From: Dimorphilus gyrociliatus
Taxonomy: Eukaryota; Animalia; Annelida
Length of the DNA: 64,000 bases
Assembly (NCBI GenBank): GCA_904063045.1
Contig: CAJFCJ010000029.1
Coordinates: 124,001 to 188,000, forward strand
Reading direction: 5' to 3'
Shown here: one piece after another, positions 12,701-26,379 of the stretch
Numbering within the stretch: position 1 is the stretch's first letter
Layout: each line of letters begins with the position of its first letter
The notes under the pieces: model-generated
What the model was told of the DNA's origin: nothing
The model's input: only the letters and a program-made list of their open reading frames with translations
The model's database searches: none
Program-made: the position numbers and the translations under genes

Positions 12701-15700
12701 ATATTATCATTCGCTCTTCTTTATATACATGTATATCAAACGGAATATCTCGAATGGTTGACTTTAGTTACCAAAAAAATCGGATTACCGCACATATTCC
12801 TCCGTCCATGTAAATACATAAGTGCAAGATAGTTGATGCGTGATAAATACAATAAAATATTGCTAACACGAATATAGTCTTTTCTAATCTAAACAAACTT
12901 TTGTCAACAGTGATCCTAGCATATCACGCCTGTTTATCTACTTTTACCCGTATTTTTTATGATATGAAGTTATTGAATTGATACTTTTACTCTTTTACCC
13001 TTTTCCTTCCTACCCCTCTCCATTCCGTTGCTTAATCATCTCTTGTTGGTGTCAGTTATCAATACTTGAAGAAAATCAGAAAAGAAAATTGAAATTTTTC
13101 TCTCTCTTATCGAATTAAGATTAAAAAAAGTCAGAAATTTTAGGGAAAAAAGGTTAAACAAGGAAGGGGGAAAACGAACCACAAACAAAATCGAGAAGAT
13201 GAGCTAGGGTAACGCTATTTTCTCGATGTTTTCTCTATGAATTATGTATTTGTTTAAACTTCATAAATTTCGATTACGACGTCCGACCGGGCATTCCCAA
13301 TGGAGTAAGTAGAAGAAATTACTAAATTACTTCCAACCCGTAGTCCAGCCTGTCAATTCTTAGTAATTTTCGACAGAATAATGCAATTAAACTTTCGTCG
13401 CAAAAAGCACTATTTCCTCTATGATTAACACATCACTGTCCCTTAGGATTGTTTTGGACCAGGAGGATGTATCAATAGCTTCTCTAATAAAGGCTCCATA
13501 AAGGAACTCTAGAGATTTGCTTGCCTTTACGGAGTTAAACGGTCGTAACAGAATATGTCGAACATATTAGCGTTTAGCAAGAAAACCGTTTGTATATCGT
13601 TAAGTACCCGTCGCCCGTAGCGATCTTCGGTATCATTGTCCAAAAAAATTGCATTCCACGCTTATATTAGAGACAGTAATAAAACCCTTCCCTATGGAAT
13701 ATTCCATTATTTTAAAATAAATTCTCTCTTCTTCTCCTTCTCCTTCTCTGCCTCTTTGCTCCCCCTCCATCGTTTTTTTTAAATTCATAGAATATAAAAA
13801 ATACTTTAATGTATGAAGTATTTTTTATTTAATCTAGGTAAAAAAGGCAGAAGGAGGAAGAGAAGGAGCAGGATAGAGAAAGGGATAAGTATTCTAAGTT
13901 TACAGACAGGAAATCTCTGCTCCTCGTTTGAAGCTCAACATTTCTTCCTTCTTAGCTATTTTCTTAGAAAATACAAAAATTCTTGTCTTTCTCTCTTTGA
14001 CTTTAGCTGAACTTATAAAAAAAAGGAAGAAAGACCAGATTTTTAACTATAAATAGAAATCTAAATAGATTGTAATGTATAACCTTCGAATAATTTCAGA
14101 TGGGATGATAGAAGATTTGACTTAATAGTCTGGCTCTTCGGTAATTGTTATATTTAAGCACGAAATATTTAAAATCCCTATTTTTAAAACCAAGCTTGTG
14201 AATTGGTAAAACTTTAAACCTCTTTTGGGACTGACATTTGACAAAATAATGTTTTTATCACGTATTATTCAACGTAATGAAAGGTTTTAGGGGGGTAGGG
14301 AAAAAATTGGCAAACAATTAGTCTTTTTTTGGAAATATAATGGTAACAAAACAAAAAAACTTTATAACAATTACTCTGTTATGACTATAACTTTATATAA
14401 ATATACATTACAAGCTCCTTAGGCCTATAACTTATATATAACTATTACATTTAAAGAAGGTTGATGTTGATACCCTTCAACTTAACAAAAATATTTAATT
14501 TCTTTTCTTTCTTTTGTCGTTTACATAAATGGCATTTCTATAAAAGGAATGTATTTCAATCTCTGTATAATTTCTTCTATCTTCCCGAAAATTTATCCGG
14601 GTTCGCCTCAATTTCCGTTCTAGATCTGAATTTCCTGATTGAATTGGTATTTATAAAAATTTGGTCTAACAAGAAAATTTTTTACGGTTATTGATCTCTT
14701 TAGGAGGGGCAGTTTCCTGGTTAGTCCTATTGAAAATCACAAGAATATTGTTTCGACTAGATAATGGCCTTGAAATTTTACAGATTGATCAATTTTGTAA
14801 CTTAGAAACCAAGCCTTACCAATGAATGAATAGTGAGTTTGACTAAAACACGTAAGGGAGAATATGCAACGGGGAAAGGGGTGAATAGAATTTTTCATTT
14901 TTAGAAAAAATTATAATACTTGAAGAAACAGCATTGAATAGTATAAAAGCGCATAAAAGATAAATAGAACGATCTTTGTACATTGAAAATTAAAACTCTT
15001 TAAGAACTATAGAACCTGAAATCGTTCTATTTTTTGTTTATTTTGAACGAAATCTGTCTATATTATTTTATTTGGCAAAAAGAAGATATAGTGTCAATTA
15101 ATAAGGTTGTTGGAATAGTTAAATTTTTCTTATAAATCTGTCTGAAAATTAGGCAATCATCTAAATTTTTCCACCAATACAAGATCTTATTGGAATAGAA
15201 TTAGGGTAAGTGGGAATAAAAAAGTAGAGTTTATCATAGGATCGCTATTAAAATAAAATTTGTTATTTATATAATTTTTTATTGTAAAATTGCCAACATC
15301 AATTACTGAAAGGAAGTCTTGTTGCTGGCTTTATTATCAGTGTCTTTTAACGACCTACATTTGTATATATTCGCCATGAACGTTTCGTGCGGTTCTTTTA
15401 ATCTGTTATCGAATCTTTATCAAGAACGGTATATTTTTTTTATTTAAATTTGAACGGCGAAGAATTTCTAACGTTCATGTTATAATAGTCAATACTAATC
15501 ATAATTAATCGTACTCTTATCTTAATAATAACCCTATCCGGATTATCCGATTTTAGTATGACCGCTTCTAAATAGTAGACTATTTATATGTATTTGTATC
15601 CAATTAATGGTCATTATTAACATCGAAAATATCCAGAAGAAATAATATATCAATTCAACACATTTACCGATCTCACTGAGAAAAATGGCTGTTAACATAC

Positions 15701-15997
15701 TTTTTTTTAACTATAGTATAATTACATATCAGACTTATCATAGAAAGCGCAGACTCAAAGGGTTTAAAAACAGAATTAATAGTAAGAGAACTGTGAGAGA
15801 GCACTTCATACAACAAAAATAGAGATCTCTCTTTAAAATCAGGCCAAATCCAAAATGCCTTTCTTGTCTAGATAATCAATGCTGTTGCCACAGTAGTATA
15901 TAGACAACAATATTTCGCTACGTATCTGACCAACCGTTTACCATTTATACCTCTTAATGTTTTTGTCGAAAATTTAAAGTGTTGAAATAGTATTAAA

Positions 15998-18900
15998 ATG
16001 GGCTGTGCACCTTCAGGATATTCCAAATTAAATTCAGGTGATCCTTACATAATACGTGTCGATCAAGCTTGGAATAGAGCCATTAAAACCTGCAAAACGA
16101 GAACAAAAAAGCCACCTAAGATGGAGAGGGCAGATTGGAAGACTGTCAGAATATTTGTCAGTTCAACTTTTAAAGATTTCCACGCTGAACGAGAAATACT
16201 TGTCAAACAAGTATTTCCTGATTTAAGACAATGGTGTGAGTCAAGAAATCTGCATCTAATCGATTGCGACCTCCGATGGGGAATACCGAAAGATTCTACA
16301 ACAGAAGAAACGCTCAGGATATGCCTGAAAGAGATTGATAGATGTTTTGAAACAAACGTATGGCCTTTTTTCGTAAATATGACCTGTGAGAGAATTGGAT
16401 GGATACCTGAGGCTAATATCGTTCCTCAATATATAAGGGACACTTACGACTGGATAGACGATTTAAGCGTAACAGAAATGGAGATTATTCATGCAGCCTA
16501 TAGGATAGATAATCCAAATGGTAAGTTGTAAGAGATATCTTGATAAAAGCTACATTTTCACACCTAACAAATAAATTGAATTTATAAATCTATCTTTCAG
16601 CTTTGTTTATGTTTAGAGATGCTGATTTTATCAAACAACTACCAGCTGATGTTAGACAAGAATTTACTGATATAAGAGAAGAAAGTGAAGCCGACAATCA
16701 AAATTTCATTCAATACAAGATTAAAAGTCTACGTGATAAAGTGAAGAGCAAATTTGTAAATATATTCATTAACTTGAATATGATAAGATAAAATAACATT
16801 TATCTCTATTTTTATTCCATATTTTATCTAGAACCATGAATCCATATGCACATATAAAGTGGATTATTGTGGAAAAGATCCTGAAACGGGAAAGCTAGAA
16901 TTTTCAGGTCTGGAAAATTTTGCTAAGCAAGTGTTTGAATTTTTCAAGAAAAAGATTGCAAATCAATATCCTCCTATTAGTAATGTTCACTTGGATCCTT
17001 TAACTAAGAAAAAACAACAACATGAATCTTTTATGAAAAGTAGATGTGAAGACGTTTTAGGCAGGGATGAAATTTTGAAGCAAATAGAAAATTACTTATA
17101 TAAAGAGGGTCCAGACACTCCATTATTGATTCTAGGAAATGCCGGAAGTGGAAAATCATCGATAATGGCAAAATCAGTTGACCAAGCCATTAAACATATA
17201 GCCAGTGGTCAATTAAAGAAGCACAGGGGTAAAGACTGGAATGTTTTTTGCCATTTTGTTGGGGCTGTTCCGGGATCAACTGACATTGACGATATCCTAC
17301 AGAGATTGATTAAAGAGATGACAGGGCAGGAAGTTCGGGACAATGAAAGATCTAACATAGTTCAAATTACCTCCTCACATCTCAGCAATGAAAATACAAA
17401 TCCTACTTTAATTATAATAGATGCTCTAAATCAATTGGATGAGGAGGATTCTGCAAAATATGTCACATGGCTGCCAGCGAAACTATCTCCTTCGATTCGA
17501 ATTGTTTTATCGATGATCGGTGACACTGCTCAAGGGAAAACTCTGGCAGCAAGAGAACCAAAACCAAAAGAAATTCTTATACAGGAGTTAGACGAAACTG
17601 CAAGGAAAGAAATCGTCTCCACAATGCTCGGAAAGTATAACAAGAGATTAGATGATGAACAAATGAATTACCTATTGAGAAAATCTTCTTCCCACAATCC
17701 TCTTTGGTTGTCAATAGCATGCGAAGAACTTCGTGTATTTGGAAGTTTCAGAGAAATATCTAATAAAATCAATACACTGGCCAATGGTCTTTTGGAGTTA
17801 GAACAACAAGTTTTACAAAGATTTGAGGAAGAGAATGGGGGCAAATTATTGGTTGCTGCTGTATGCCTAATAGAAACATCTGGTATGGGATTGCTCGAGA
17901 TAGAATTATTAAGTATCCTTAGTCACGACGTGTTTTTGGAAGCTTCTTTGGATAAGAGCGAAAAAGAGTGTAGCGAAAAGAAGGTTAACTTTTCAGAAAA
18001 GCTACCAGCCTATAGATGGGCCGAAGTATACAGAGCTTTGCGACCGTTTATCAGACCTTTTGGAGATAGTGAAGACGGTCGATTGGATTTTTATCATAGA
18101 TCTCTTAGTAAGGCCGTTAGGAAAAGGTATAGCTATTTTGTACTATCGTGTTTTTCTTAATAGTTCTACGTTGTATATTTTATAACGAAGCAACTACTGT
18201 ATTTCCCAGTTGTATCATTTAATATTCGATTGAATAAGGAGGCGGTTAGAAATAGCCGAAGTATAGGTTAAAGGTCCAGAATATATGACAGAAACTAAAT
18301 AAAAGAGATTACATTCCCTTTTAGAATGAATGTTATTATTTTTCTGTTTTGTTTTTTAAATTATTTATCATTATTTTTGTTATAGATATTTCTACAAAGA
18401 AGATGGATCAGAAAATACGGATATTTTCCAGTGGTGGCATTATGTTCTTACGGAATATTTTAAACAGACTACGAATTTTCACCGACAAATTGAAGAATTA
18501 CCAATTCATCTAATAGCTACGAAGCAAACGAAACATTTAGAAGATTTCTTGTCTCAGTGGGATGTCTTTGAGAAACTTTTCGATCCTCTCTTAAGTAAAA
18601 AATTGTTAGATTATTGGAGAACTGGGAGTAGTCTTCGTAATATGGGAGCTGTTTATTATAATTTGGGACAAAATTTCAAAAATTCCATCTCAGAGGAAAA
18701 GAAGGATTTAGAAGAACTATCTCATAAATTAGAGAAACTATCGATAATTCTTGCTCAAGGTGGGGAGTATGACCGAGCTATAGAATTTTCGAAAGAAGCA
18801 TTAGAAGCTGCAGAGAAAGCAGGATCTGATAAACTCAGATTAGCTTCCTTATATCATCTTTTATCTTACGTTTTAGATGAACAATTAAAACTGCAAGAAT

Positions 18901-19505
18901 ATATGTATAGAAGTCAATTAGGCGTTATGAGAGAAATCATAAACAATTTCGAGAAGGCAATTGATATTTGGTCAGAATCAAATAAAACTGACATCTTACA
19001 TATATTGGGAAGATGCTTAAACAGGGTATCATTTTATTATAGCGGTTACGCCCTGAGAGGAGGTGATGAGCACTTTAGCTCAACAACAGCTACAGCTTTA
19101 GCAAAAGAACGAGTTGAGAAAGCAATTGGTATTTTTACTAAACTAGGCGATAGAGTAATGGAAGGTGATTGCTGGACAACGAAGGGAGTTGTTCTCGGAA
19201 GAGCTTGCTCCGAGCAAATTAAATGCTATACAACAGCAATAGAAATGTTGACTCTTGCCGGAGGAGAGCTTAATATAAATTTAGATAGGTGTTACTTGAA
19301 CACGGCTATATATTACGAAGAGACAGGAGATTATTATAAAGCATACGAATACTTTCAGAAATGGTATCACATAGGAATTGCACTCTATGGGGAAGTCCAC
19401 CCACGAAATGTCCGATGTATCAATACACTTAGAGAGCCTATGTATAAAAGAATAGCTTTGGAAAAAGGAGATAAAGTGCCCCAATTCCCTGCATCTGAAG
19501 AGTAA
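15998..19505 (+). CDS. DUF4062 + NACHT/STAND NTPase + TPR protein (TEP1/NPHP3-like architecture), ~1030 aa, 4 exons
   Basis: Exons 15998-16520, 16601-16755, 16832-18126 and 18386-19505 join in frame over GT-AG introns. DUF4062 motif RIFVSSTFKDFHAERE...IDLRWG, Walker A GNAGSGKS, Walker B IIIDALNQL, NPLWLSIAC winged-helix region, and C-terminal TPR-like helices. Confidence 0.88.
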
Positions 19506-19977
19506 AGAGACTGAAAATATACTAACGATAAATCATAAATTTACTAAATGAATATGTAAATAGTATTAATAATGATAATAAATAAAACGTTAAAATTCAA
19601 CCTAATTACTAATAAATTGCATTAAATGAAGAACTATTAATAGAAAGTATAAAATCACTCACTCTATTTATTAAAAAATTCCGTAAAGCTATTCGATCGA
19701 ATTAGCCTTATGTTACAGGGACTAGAATGACAGCTTTGACCTAGGTACTTTTTGTGTGAAGTATAGAGATTTTGGGAAATTTGATAGAAAACCGACAAAT
19801 AGTGCATAAAAAAAAACAACAAAAGTTGCTCTTCAATGCTCTTATGCATATTTTTCTAATATTTTTGTTATTATATACCAGTTATCTGTCATAATGAAAT
19901 ATTAATATTATTTATTTTTATATAATTTATATACACGCTACGCTTTGTCTACGTTTTGTCCACTTTCCGTGTTAGCA

Positions 19978-19985
19978 TGACGTCA
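19978..19985. promoter_or_regulatory. Perfect CRE palindrome TGACGTCA in an intergenic CpG patch
   Basis: Exact palindrome inside a CpG-rich stretch (19940-20030). Further copies at 42040-42047 and 43928-43935 in TMTC introns. Confidence 0.35.
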
Positions 19986-20942
19986 TAGACGTCGCTTTCA
20001 CGCTATTTCGGAATTAAATATAGCCGAAAGTTGCAATAAACGAAAACGAAAGGCCTACTTAAGTACAAGCTAATCGTTTTTGGATGGAAAAGTTTTTGCG
20101 GTGTAGCATTTTGACCTTTGCATAAAGCGATGTAAACTATTCGCTGTTTGCTAAGGAATTCCTAACGAAATTACGATTTGTTTGTTAAATAAGATAATAA
20201 TCTGATAGGAAAGTAAATGCTACAAATAAAGTTTGATTTGTCTCTTCATAAATGAGCTTTAAACAGAAATAACTTAATAATCTTATCATTAATCATAATA
20301 TAACTGTAATTATAACACAAATTGACGTTTATAGAAAAACTATATGGAGTCGAAATTACTGGGCTGGAAAATAACGATTACTTTTTTTCTATATTAATCA
20401 TAGAAAAGAACAGGAAAGAAAAAGAACAGCATCCAATAAAAAGAAGATGGAACAAGAATGCTATTAGAAAGCGCTTTCAATAAATTAGAGTAATGTAATC
20501 AGTAAATATAATTAATTAGCAATTAAGCTTAATTAACTCTTATCTCTATCAAAGTAAAAAATTTTACCAAGTAATTTTCTTTTCCAAAAAGAGAAGAGAA
20601 AAAGAATTCATAAGATAAGAAAAAAATTATATCAACTAACTTTATTAGGATACGTGTTTGGTACTTGTTGCGGATTATAGGATGTAGATGAACGGGATTC
20701 GATTGAGAGGGAATCCAAGTCGAGCAAACTGTGCATTTAAAAAGCAATTTTATTAATTTTTCTAGATTTATTCAAAGCGACACAAGAAATATTATTGATT
20801 TTCGATGGTTTAAACAACAGACTGTGACACTTCTACAAATGTTCTTTTCTTTATATATATATATATATATATATAAATTTGTATATATATATATTTATTA
20901 ATATGTAGCATATATTGAATGCAAAACTTTTCAAACATATCA

Positions 20943-20951
20943 ACCGGAAGT
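20943..20951. promoter_or_regulatory. ETS/GABP-type site ACCGGAAGT
   Basis: Exact consensus match in otherwise very AT-rich DNA. Confidence 0.35.
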
Positions 20952-21503
20952 TCAATTAAAACAGAAAAGAGCGGAAAAACAGTTAACAATGTACAGGTCT
21001 ATAAAAGAATAATTTATTAAATAGAAAATGTTAACTTTAATTATAAGTATGCTACTTTGAAATAAATAGTGCCGAAGATTTAAGAGGTCTTATCTTTTAA
21101 AGGTCAAGAAACTACCTTAATTTACTTACGTAGATGTTGCGGTATTCTCTCAAACTTTACCTATGAAGGCGACTTGCGTTTCTATTGGGAATACAACTAT
21201 ATGGATCGTCTAACAAATAATATTAAGTGATTCAGTTTTCCTCGTCGAGATTAATAAATATTTAGATATTCTATGTATTGATTGGGTTATATTGTAAGGA
21301 TTGAGAATTTTTATCCTAATCATTCTCATCGTTTTTCTATATAATTCAATAATTTAATCTTATAATAATGATTTTGAACTTAATAAAACCCAAACAAAAA
21401 TTATGTAAATTTAATTTGAGCATTTGAAAATAAAAACGACATCTGACAGGTTGACCAAATTAGTAATAAAACAGTCAACATTTGCAAATTAATCCTTTCT
21501 CTC

Positions 21504-21506
<3 letters not shown>

Positions 21507-21540
<34 letters not shown>
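21507..21540. repeat. (CT)17 microsatellite
   Basis: Perfect run. Confidence 0.95.
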
Positions 21541-21543
<3 letters not shown>

Positions 21544-22264
21544 CTCGTAAAGTTCTTTATATTTTCTTATAGAGTAAATATTTTAAATATTTTATAGCAT
21601 GTATATAAAAAAACCTAAGGATTAATAATAATTCATTAATATTTATTAATAACTAATTACAATGTATTGGTTTAAAAATTATATGATACACTGTATCGTT
21701 CATTTTAATTATAATGGAGTAATTAATATATAAATATAAAATATATAACTTTCTATATTTTAATACTAAATATACAAAAATGTTGTTACTTTGATAAAAA
21801 TTCATTGAAGAGAAGTTTGGTTTCTTTTTTTTTAATAGTAAAAGAAAAGAGAAACAAATGCGAATATTTTTGTTTTTTATCAATAGGGCATTATCTTCCA
21901 TCTATAGATTTTTTTTGTTTGCCTTCTTCATTAGCATATCAAAATAGAATTAAATAGAACTTGCGTGTTTAAGATTCGATTCTCCACATTTAGCTTATAC
22001 TGTATATATTTTATATTTCAGTCTCTGTTATATACAGCTATATATGACGTAGATTATAAAAGTATACTGTATGTATATATTTATAGCATGTCCTCCTTAT
22101 GAAATTTACAAATCAAAGCGATAGTATTTCTAATAGCTTCAAATCAATTCTTTTTTAGAATAAAAAGATAAATATTTAAACTAATAATTTTACTATAAAA
22201 AATGGTTTTTTCAATAATATATAAGATTAATCTCATAGGATGATAGATGAGGTAATTTACTTAC

Positions 22265-22440
22265 TTTTCCAAGATTTTCTCCGTAAGGATCAGCCGAACT
22301 GAGTCTAAAAAATGCTAAACTTTTCCGACTATAGGCCAGATTAATCGGATTCTTAGGAATTTTATTGATTCCTTTATTATGATGTAAACAATAATGGGCT
22401 CCATTCAATGCAATTTTATTCCCACAGTTAACGAATAGAC
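22265..22440 (-). CDS. Candidate internal coding exon of an unannotated gene
   Basis: 176-nt stop-free stretch (GLFVNCGNKIALNGAHYCLHHNKG...DPYGENLGK) from an AAG acceptor to a perfect GTAAGT donor. The acceptor is weak and I recognise no family. Confidence 0.3.
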
Positions 22441-22944
22441 CTTACAAACCCTTATTGGATTGTGTTTATTCATAAATTTTATAGTAAAAAAAGGTTAATA
22501 AAAGAGAAATTTTCATTAAGCTTTGACTTAATCAATCCTTTCTTTATCATAGTTTCCCCTTTCTAAACAAAGATATATATATATTATTTTAGTTATAGTC
22601 CCAATTCCCCAACCTTTAATAGGTGTATATATATATATATTCATATATACAGTATATATTATTATGAATATCCTATTAGTAAAGTAGAAAGAATCGCTAA
22701 TAAAATCAGTTGAATATACTTAATACAATAGAAAAAGAAAAGTAAAATAGCTTGTATTTTCTATTAATATTTAAAAAAACATAAAATATTTTCTGTTTTT
22801 CTTGGACTTTCGTTATGTAAGTAAAACTCAATTTTTATTTTAGTTTACCATTTCCATTTTACAATGTTTATTTAAGCTACAATGGAAAAATTGCAAGATT
22901 TTTAATTATTAATAAAATTATTAATATTTTTTTCTTTAAGTCAA

Positions 22945-22976
<32 letters not shown>

Positions 22977-24102
22977 TTAGAAAGACAGCTTTACTTCATT
23001 TTTATATCAATTAGTCAAGTTATTAAAGCAAGAAACAAGCGTATAAAGAAAACGACATAGAGATTGAGACTGAAAATAGGCAATAGAGAAGAAATTGCAT
23101 AGAAATAAATAAGATACTTTATAGTTTCGAAATTTTTTTTATACATGTTATGGTTGTCAAATAGTGGTGACTTATTACTGTTTAACTAACCTATAAACTT
23201 AACCTTATATCTGTGAGATGTTAAGTTAAATTATAGCATACAAATTTGCATATAATATTCTTTAATTTCCTTTTATTAAATATGTTCTATAATATTAATT
23301 AGTATATATAAAAATACTGCATATATCACTAATTTCTCTCCAGATTAAACTACAAGCGACATCTGTTGGATAAAATAGTTAAAATTTTATAAATTATTAA
23401 CATTCTGGTTCTGAAATTATACAAAGGTGAATATTTATAAGTTCTAGTATACAGTATATAAATGTTTGTCTATATTATATAAAATTCCAAAAAAGGGAAT
23501 AATCCAATCAGAATCAGGAAAATTTATATATTATTGAAGGAAACTGGTCACAAACAGGCGTTAAAGTAGCAATAGACTGGAATAGTGGAATAGTCAGAAT
23601 CCGTTCATATGAGCCACTCTATGGTTTTTCTGGTTTTGCGAAATTATCAATAAAATAATTATTCTTCTAAATATAAATGTTATTATATTAAAAAATATTA
23701 CTTATAAAATTATTTCAATGCTGTTGAATTTTTGAATTTTTTCGTTCAGTTGCTTATATTCATGTCATTTAGCGCCATTTAGTATCCGACTGAAGACCGA
23801 GCAACATGATCTCTAAGGGGTAAATTATTTTTCTCTCTAATCCTTAGGAAGTAATCTTTCTTTCTGAAAATTTGATCGAAAAATATATTTATAATGTTTG
23901 TATATATGTCTATAAAACATAATTTTAATAAATATCCGTGAAAAATCATAAAAGTCACACCTCAATGCTTTTGGGGAGTTTATGAATCATTATCACCCGT
24001 GATATAACAAAATGAATTTTAACTTTCTTCAGTCCTATAGTAAATAAATTGTTCTTGAGGTAAAATATTTTCACGACAAAGCAAATTACCTATCATAATT
24101 AG

Positions 24103-26030
24103 TGCACAAGAGTTTCGAAAATGGATCTCTGACTTTGGACGCAGTCTGAAAGTCAAAAAGTCAGAATTCATCACATGGATTTTTCATGGTGAAGATGATT
24201 CTCTAGTACATCAAGACCCAGATGAACGGTCATCTTGTTGTAATGGAGAGTCTATGGAGATGGTTATTTTCAGGTAAGCAGATAAGAATTATCAAAGTTA
24301 AAAGGTTTGAAACAGGCCTGTTTTTTCGTTAAACAGTAATGAAGATAAGCATGAAAATGCCCAAGAAAGTCAAGATTTCTTGAACGATTTAAGTGAAATT
24401 CTAAATTGTATTGAAGGCAAAGAGAACAATGATTTGCCATCGACTTCTCAACAGGTTGACGACCTAGTTGAATACCAAACTACTTTTTTCGAATTTCATG
24501 GGAACATGGCTATTTCCAGGTAGGCAGATATGAAATATCGAAATCAACAAGTTTAAACAAGGTAGTTTTTTCGTCAAATAGTAGAAATAACATCGAAGAT
24601 GTTCAACCTGAGGATCAAGCCCTACATATAGGAAAGTATGGAGTGGAAGAGAACGGTGATGAAGATCATGATCAACGCCAACAAGTTCACAACCTAAATG
24701 AAGGACAAACTGATTTTATCGAAGAGTTTGAGAACATGTAAGCAGATAAGAGATACGAAGTCAAAACATTTGAAACAGGCATTTTTTTCGTTAAACAGTA
24801 ATGAAAATAAGCAACATATGAAAAACGGTGTAAACAGTGCTCTTGATTTGCCGTTGATGTCTCCTGGTGAAAACCATGAAGAACGTGAACGAGTTTGCAA
24901 CCAAAGTGAAAGGCAAATTTTACATTTTATAAAATAATAAAAGTGATAAAGAATTTTTTCACAGGAAATTTGAGTCGAATGTTAAAAATATTTTTATTAA
25001 CATGGGTCCAACTCCAGAAGAAGTGTATTTAAATATTGGCAAGATAGTCCGACTTCTATCAAAAGAAGATGTATATCCTATTGAAACAGTCGAAAAACAC
25101 AAGGACATAAGAGAATTACTTCAGCAGCAGTTTAAAGAAAGTTATAGAATGACGAATTCAATAGCTTGCGATAATTGCGATATTACGAACATTGTTAATG
25201 TCACCGTAGGGCATTTCACATTCTCAAAGATCTACTTTTTGATATCCTTCTTCATCTGGATATTAGAAAAAAAAAATGAATCAGTCAAAGACATTGGTCA
25301 AATTGCAAAAGATGCTTTTAAAGAGGAGTTTGTAAACAATCACTGGAAAATTGTAAGTGAATTTTTGCAAGCCCGAATAATAATTATGGAATTTAGTACC
25401 AAGACGCTGCCTTGTTTTCTACAAATTCTGGATTCAAACATGCATCCAGAGAAAGTACTTTTCTTTGTAAGAATGGCAGAGAACCCTTCGGAAACTTTAG
25501 CGCTTACCTTTGTCAAGCGCAATGAAAATATCAGAAAATTGAAATACCAAAAATTTTTCTTGTATGATGACCAGGTACTAATCAATTACGATGTCTACGG
25601 AAAAAATCATCAAGGCAAATGGATCTGTAGGGAACCTTTTTGTCCCGTTACGTTGATATTTCCAAATGATGAGAAGAAATTGCCATGCAGTGTTGGATTT
25701 CATACTCATACTCAAAAAGGTAAGGCTTTTCTGAGCATTCTTAAAGAAAAGCTCGAAGCAAATGAAGACATCTGTCAACCAGTCCAAAGAATAGCCTTTC
25801 CTTTTGTGCTGAAGATCAGGCTAAAAGCTTCTAAATATGGGGGGATACGGAAAAACAGGCCGCTGTATAACATGAAAATAAGAAATCTTTGGGAAAAAAA
25901 GCCCAAAGGATGGCAGGATGATCTGGTTTTCGAAAACCCAAATAAGCCAGGATCAAAATTAAACAAGAAGATGATTAGGAAAATTTTAAAATTTCTTATT
26001 CAGAAGTGTCCATCACTCACATATACTTAA
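24103..26030 (+). CDS. Orphan multi-exon protein: acidic repeated N-terminal exons plus a 342-aa terminal region; 5' end unresolved
   Basis: Exons 24103-24273, 24337-24519, 24582-24737, 24799-24912 and 24965-26030 splice in one frame, all at phase 2. The last intron needs a GC donor (AG|GCAAAT). The terminal exon contains ORF 25002-26030. Confidence 0.7.
24274..24798 (+). repeat. Three related ~62-nt introns (tandem exon-intron duplication)
   Basis: 24274-24336, 24520-24581 and 24738-24798 all follow GTA(A/G)GCAGATA...GTTT(G/A)AAC...TTTTTTCGT(T/C)AAA(C/T)AG (one copy has ATTT for GTTT). Confidence 0.85.
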
Positions 26031-26379
26031 ATTTTATCTTATTAAGGCTATGGTTTTTATTTGTCCCTTTTTCTTTGTGCTGAACTTTCTAATTTTAATA
26101 ATTTTCTTAAACTAATATTGAAAATGACATAATGCACTTTAATATCAATACAAGTTATTCTGCACCTATATTACTATATCTACTTTTAAATAGGTTTTTG
26201 GCGTAAGCCTATCGACTCTCTTTAAGTTTAAGACAAGAATTAGTACTTTTTTGATATATTTTTCATTCTATTTCATTTGGTGAGGAGGAACAAAAACACG
26301 GTTTTAGAGAATAAAAGTCCCTACTATCGTCATGATATGTCCTGACCTCACCTTAATTATGAAAAAAGAAGAAAAGAAT

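Noticed and set aside
23503-23655. Protein-like 50-codon + frame (EGNWSQTGVKVAIDWNSGIVRIRSYEPLYGFSG...)
   Set aside because: It has no ATG and I found no phase-compatible upstream donor. Worth a tBLASTn but unsupported.
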